NCBI GenBank assembly: GCA_024679065.1
Contig: JAGIQG010000040.1
Coordinates: forward strand, 6,200,001 to 6,264,000
DNA from: Sphyrna mokarran
Lineage: Eukaryota
DNA: 64,000 bases
Direction of reading: 5' to 3'
In this document: piece by piece, positions 63,604 to 64,000 of the stretch
Position numbering within the stretch: position 1 is the stretch's first letter
Layout of the letters: every line of letters starts with the position of its first letter
Position numbers and translations under genes: made by a program
The notes under the pieces: generated by a model
Database searches by the model: none
What the model saw: the letters and a program-made list of their open reading frames with translations, nothing else
What the model was told of the DNA's origin: nothing

Positions 63604-64000
63604 TCTCGCAGAGCTGGTGCTGGATCTGAACTCAGTGAGTTAAAACTGTTTTAGTTCAGAAAATGCTGAGTAATACCCGGCCTCACTGGCGATTGGTTCA
63701 TTCCAGACAGAGCCAGCAGGAGACACCCAATCAGCTGACGGCTTCTTTGTCCTACATTTCATCCAATCAGCTCACAGTGTCTTTGTTCTCCAATGCATGG
63801 AGGAGCAGGAGCCATTTGAATCTGTTCTCAGAACAATGAACTGGACTCGAAGAAGCTACACGACCAAATGAAGGTCTCGCTCTCTTTGACGAAGTGAGGG
63901 CATGAAAACAAATGTTGGTCATTTTCAGGAATTAATCTTAGAGATAGAACGCAGATGGATTTTGGGTTAACGTTGTGATAATAGTGGCAGAGTTTTCTAT

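Noticed and set aside
1-64000. NAR-TCR, IgH-like (TAILV) V, D, J or C segments
   Set aside because: No IgH-type or NAR-type V motifs, no FGxG J exons with 12-RSS and no C exons were found.

Overview
Eukaryotic (cartilaginous fish, shark-type SINE/LINE content) genomic DNA from the V-segment array of a T-cell receptor alpha/delta (TRA/TRD)-type locus. I can build 12 apparently intact V genes (leader + V exon + heptamer/22-24-nt spacer/nonamer RSS; 8 on +, 4 on -) and 10 V pseudogenes or remnants (4 on +, 6 on -). No D, J or C segments are visible. Also present: an intact two-exon GPR139/GPR142-like class A GPCR gene (28136-30301), two intact tRNA genes (Lys-CUU, Asn-GUU) plus decayed tRNA relics, many CR1/L2-, Rex1/Babar- and Penelope-like fragments and tRNA-derived SINEs. 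Main observations: CTCF-like motifs at fixed positions just 3' of some V RSSs and upstream of some V promoters; a 56-bp tandem array whose unit looks like a cryptic 12-RSS; a V gene with an intronless leader; near-equal numbers of V segments on each strand. All assignments were made by eye; repeat boundaries are approximate and no database searches were run.
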